Shown in pieces: positions 62,101 to 64,000 of a stretch of DNA of 64,000 bases. Location: the NCBI GenBank assembly GCA_043228905.1, contig JBHGNT010000001.1, forward strand, positions 28,582,001 through 28,646,000, written 5' to 3'. The translations under genes were made by a program, and so were the position numbers. Under the pieces are notes generated by a model. The model was given only the letters and a program-made list of their open reading frames with translations. It did no database searches and had not been told where the DNA came from. Positions within the stretch are counted from its first letter, which is position 1. Each line of letters opens with the position of its first letter. This DNA comes from Azolla caroliniana. Taxonomy: Eukaryota > Plantae > Polypodiophyta.

Positions 62101-63313
62101 TATATATGACCGATACATCCTGTGGAGTAGATTGAGGTTCAATTAATTTGTGTAGCAATGCTCCAAAGAGTGATTGCCGATCAACTGGAAGCTGTTCTGT
62201 GAAAGTTCATTTTTGTATAATAGGTTATACTTCATTCAAGCCATCGCTAGGACAAGTTGCGGTCGATTTATTTGATGTATTTTAAAATATTGTCCACTGA
62301 TTAAATTGTGCTTTATTTAATTCTGTTACCTTATTGGAAGTTACTGTTGTTGGCTTTCTACAAGCTAACGATGTCATGTATGGTGGACAGGCATTGTTGT
62401 CTCACGATTTATGGATCGTTTGTTATTGGAGGAATATTAGCAGGAGAAGTGAAAAAACGAAACCTTGTTCAGCTTTTGACCAGTGAGTTTTTGGAAAATG
62501 ATTTTTTAATGATTCATCAATCCAAGGACTATAATTCTGTTACTTAAACTGTATAAATATGAGAGATCCCCTGTTTCTGTCCTGTGGTAATTATTTTCCA
62601 ATGGTTGGGTTCATGTGAACAGCCTATTATGGAGTTGATCCCTCATTTTGGAAGCTTTTTCCTTATATTATTCAGGTAGAATTTTTGAAGAGTAAATGTG
62701 CGAATAGGTTTTCTAACCTCTAGTTTGATTGTTTAAGTAGTCAAGCTATTTAATTTGACAGTGGCTGGCGGCCTTCTACAGTGAACAGCTGCTAATTTTA
62801 CTGTTCTTGCTCGTGATATCCTTGCTCTTGATTGGTTTTCTAAGCTATCATTTGTATTTGATCATCACCAATACAACAACAAATGAGGTAACATACCTGT
62901 GTGTGTATGTGTGGAGTAAAAATATCCCATAAAAATATTGTGTATGTCTACATTAACACTATTTAGCCTGACAAAGTATGTGTTTCATTAATTTACAGAC
63001 CTTTAAATGGGAGAATTACAAGAGGCATATGAACAATTCTGCTGTACAAAATCCTGTTGTCATGGATATGCAGAAGGTGAAGGCTAATAATACAGGCATA
63101 GCTGATGCTCCTAAAAGGTTCAAGTATACTTGCAACCTGATATCACTATTTACAAGAAAAAGTGATACCATGACCCTGTGCACTGAACCACTTAAACGAA
63201 CAAATGTGTATAACAAGGGCTTTATGGGTAATTTAGCTGAGGTCTTCTTTCCGCGGGCATGCAAATTGTGGTGCAAGGGATTTACATATTTTAATAAAGA
63301 TAAGAAATCATAG
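59160..63313 (+). CDS. PAT17: DHHC protein S-acyltransferase, PAT17-like; exons 59160-59314, 59422-59515, 60864-60958, 61034-61201, 61274-61346, 61431-61483, 62391-62482, 62623-62675, 62762-62887, 62999-63313 (407 aa)
   Basis: [63 protein letters not shown]|TFKW, NVYNKG. Exon lengths sum to 1224 nt with consistent phases. Confidence 0.9.
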
Positions 63314-64000
63314 ATAGCTTTTGGTTCTTAATTTTTGCTGTTTGGGATTGAAAATGTACCATTGAAATTTGCTTCAACTTAAACATGACTTCAATTGAAG
63401 TTCAACTTACACTCTTCACAACTTACACATGGAAATTTGCTTTGGAAAATGTAAGCTCTGAATACAATGACATTGTTGTCTCATTTTTTATTCAGGGTTG
63501 CTGTCTTATATATATATATATATGCTTGAAATTTCTTATCACGCACTTCATGAGCAATAAATCCATGAAATAACATTCCCTATGGCATCTTTCCCGATAG
63601 AATCTGGGCCTACAGAGTATATCCATGGAAGAGTCATTACCACATTAATCTCAATAGTACCTCAATTGTGTTAGCTTGATATGACAGATACTTGCTAGTA
63701 CTGGTGATATCCCCAAGAGTTGAGGGGAAAAAATGCAATTTAATCAATATGATGCAGCTCAAATAGTCCTAGTAATCTATGAAGGTTCCAACCAATAAAA
63801 GGATTAAGGTAGCAGATATTATCACAATATCAGGCAGTATAGATGTTATTATTGGAGGTGGATTATTGAAATGGTGGTTGCTCTAGGCTTCTTCCATATC
63901 TTCAGAATCTATATTTCAGGGGTTGTAGAAGAGATTCATCCAACGTGTATGTGAATTAGGTTGAATTATTGAGGAAATTTGAATGTTAATCTATCTCTAG

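Overview
AT-rich, intron-containing land-plant nuclear DNA. The PLS-type PPR style and gene structures suggest a fern or other non-seed vascular plant (inference only). Left to right: a PPR pseudogene; a PAO5-clade polyamine oxidase with one intron; a very young full-length Ty1/copia element (825-bp LTRs, CTTCT TSD) with a 348-bp duplication of its 3' end; a DUF1191 membrane-protein gene with an unusual 10-aa-repeat N-terminal extension; LINE and MITE relics; TTM3, preceded by two hairpins and (TTAGGG)4 but no visible CDC26 uORF; a rearranged tandem-duplicated block (about 23-50.7 kb) holding intact mitochondrial RPL4 (uL4m), intact mitochondrial RPS5 (uS5m), an orphan RPS5 last exon and an RPL4 pseudogene; an ORP1-type oxysterol-binding protein gene; and a PAT17-like DHHC S-acyltransferase. 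The most notable observation is that two unrelated mitoribosomal protein genes (RPL4, RPS5) begin with paralogous copies of the same promoter, presequence exon and intron-1 sequence, consistent with a chimeric gene made by duplication plus deletion. All exon models were derived by eye from GT-AG sites, reading phase and recalled protein similarity, without transcript evidence.
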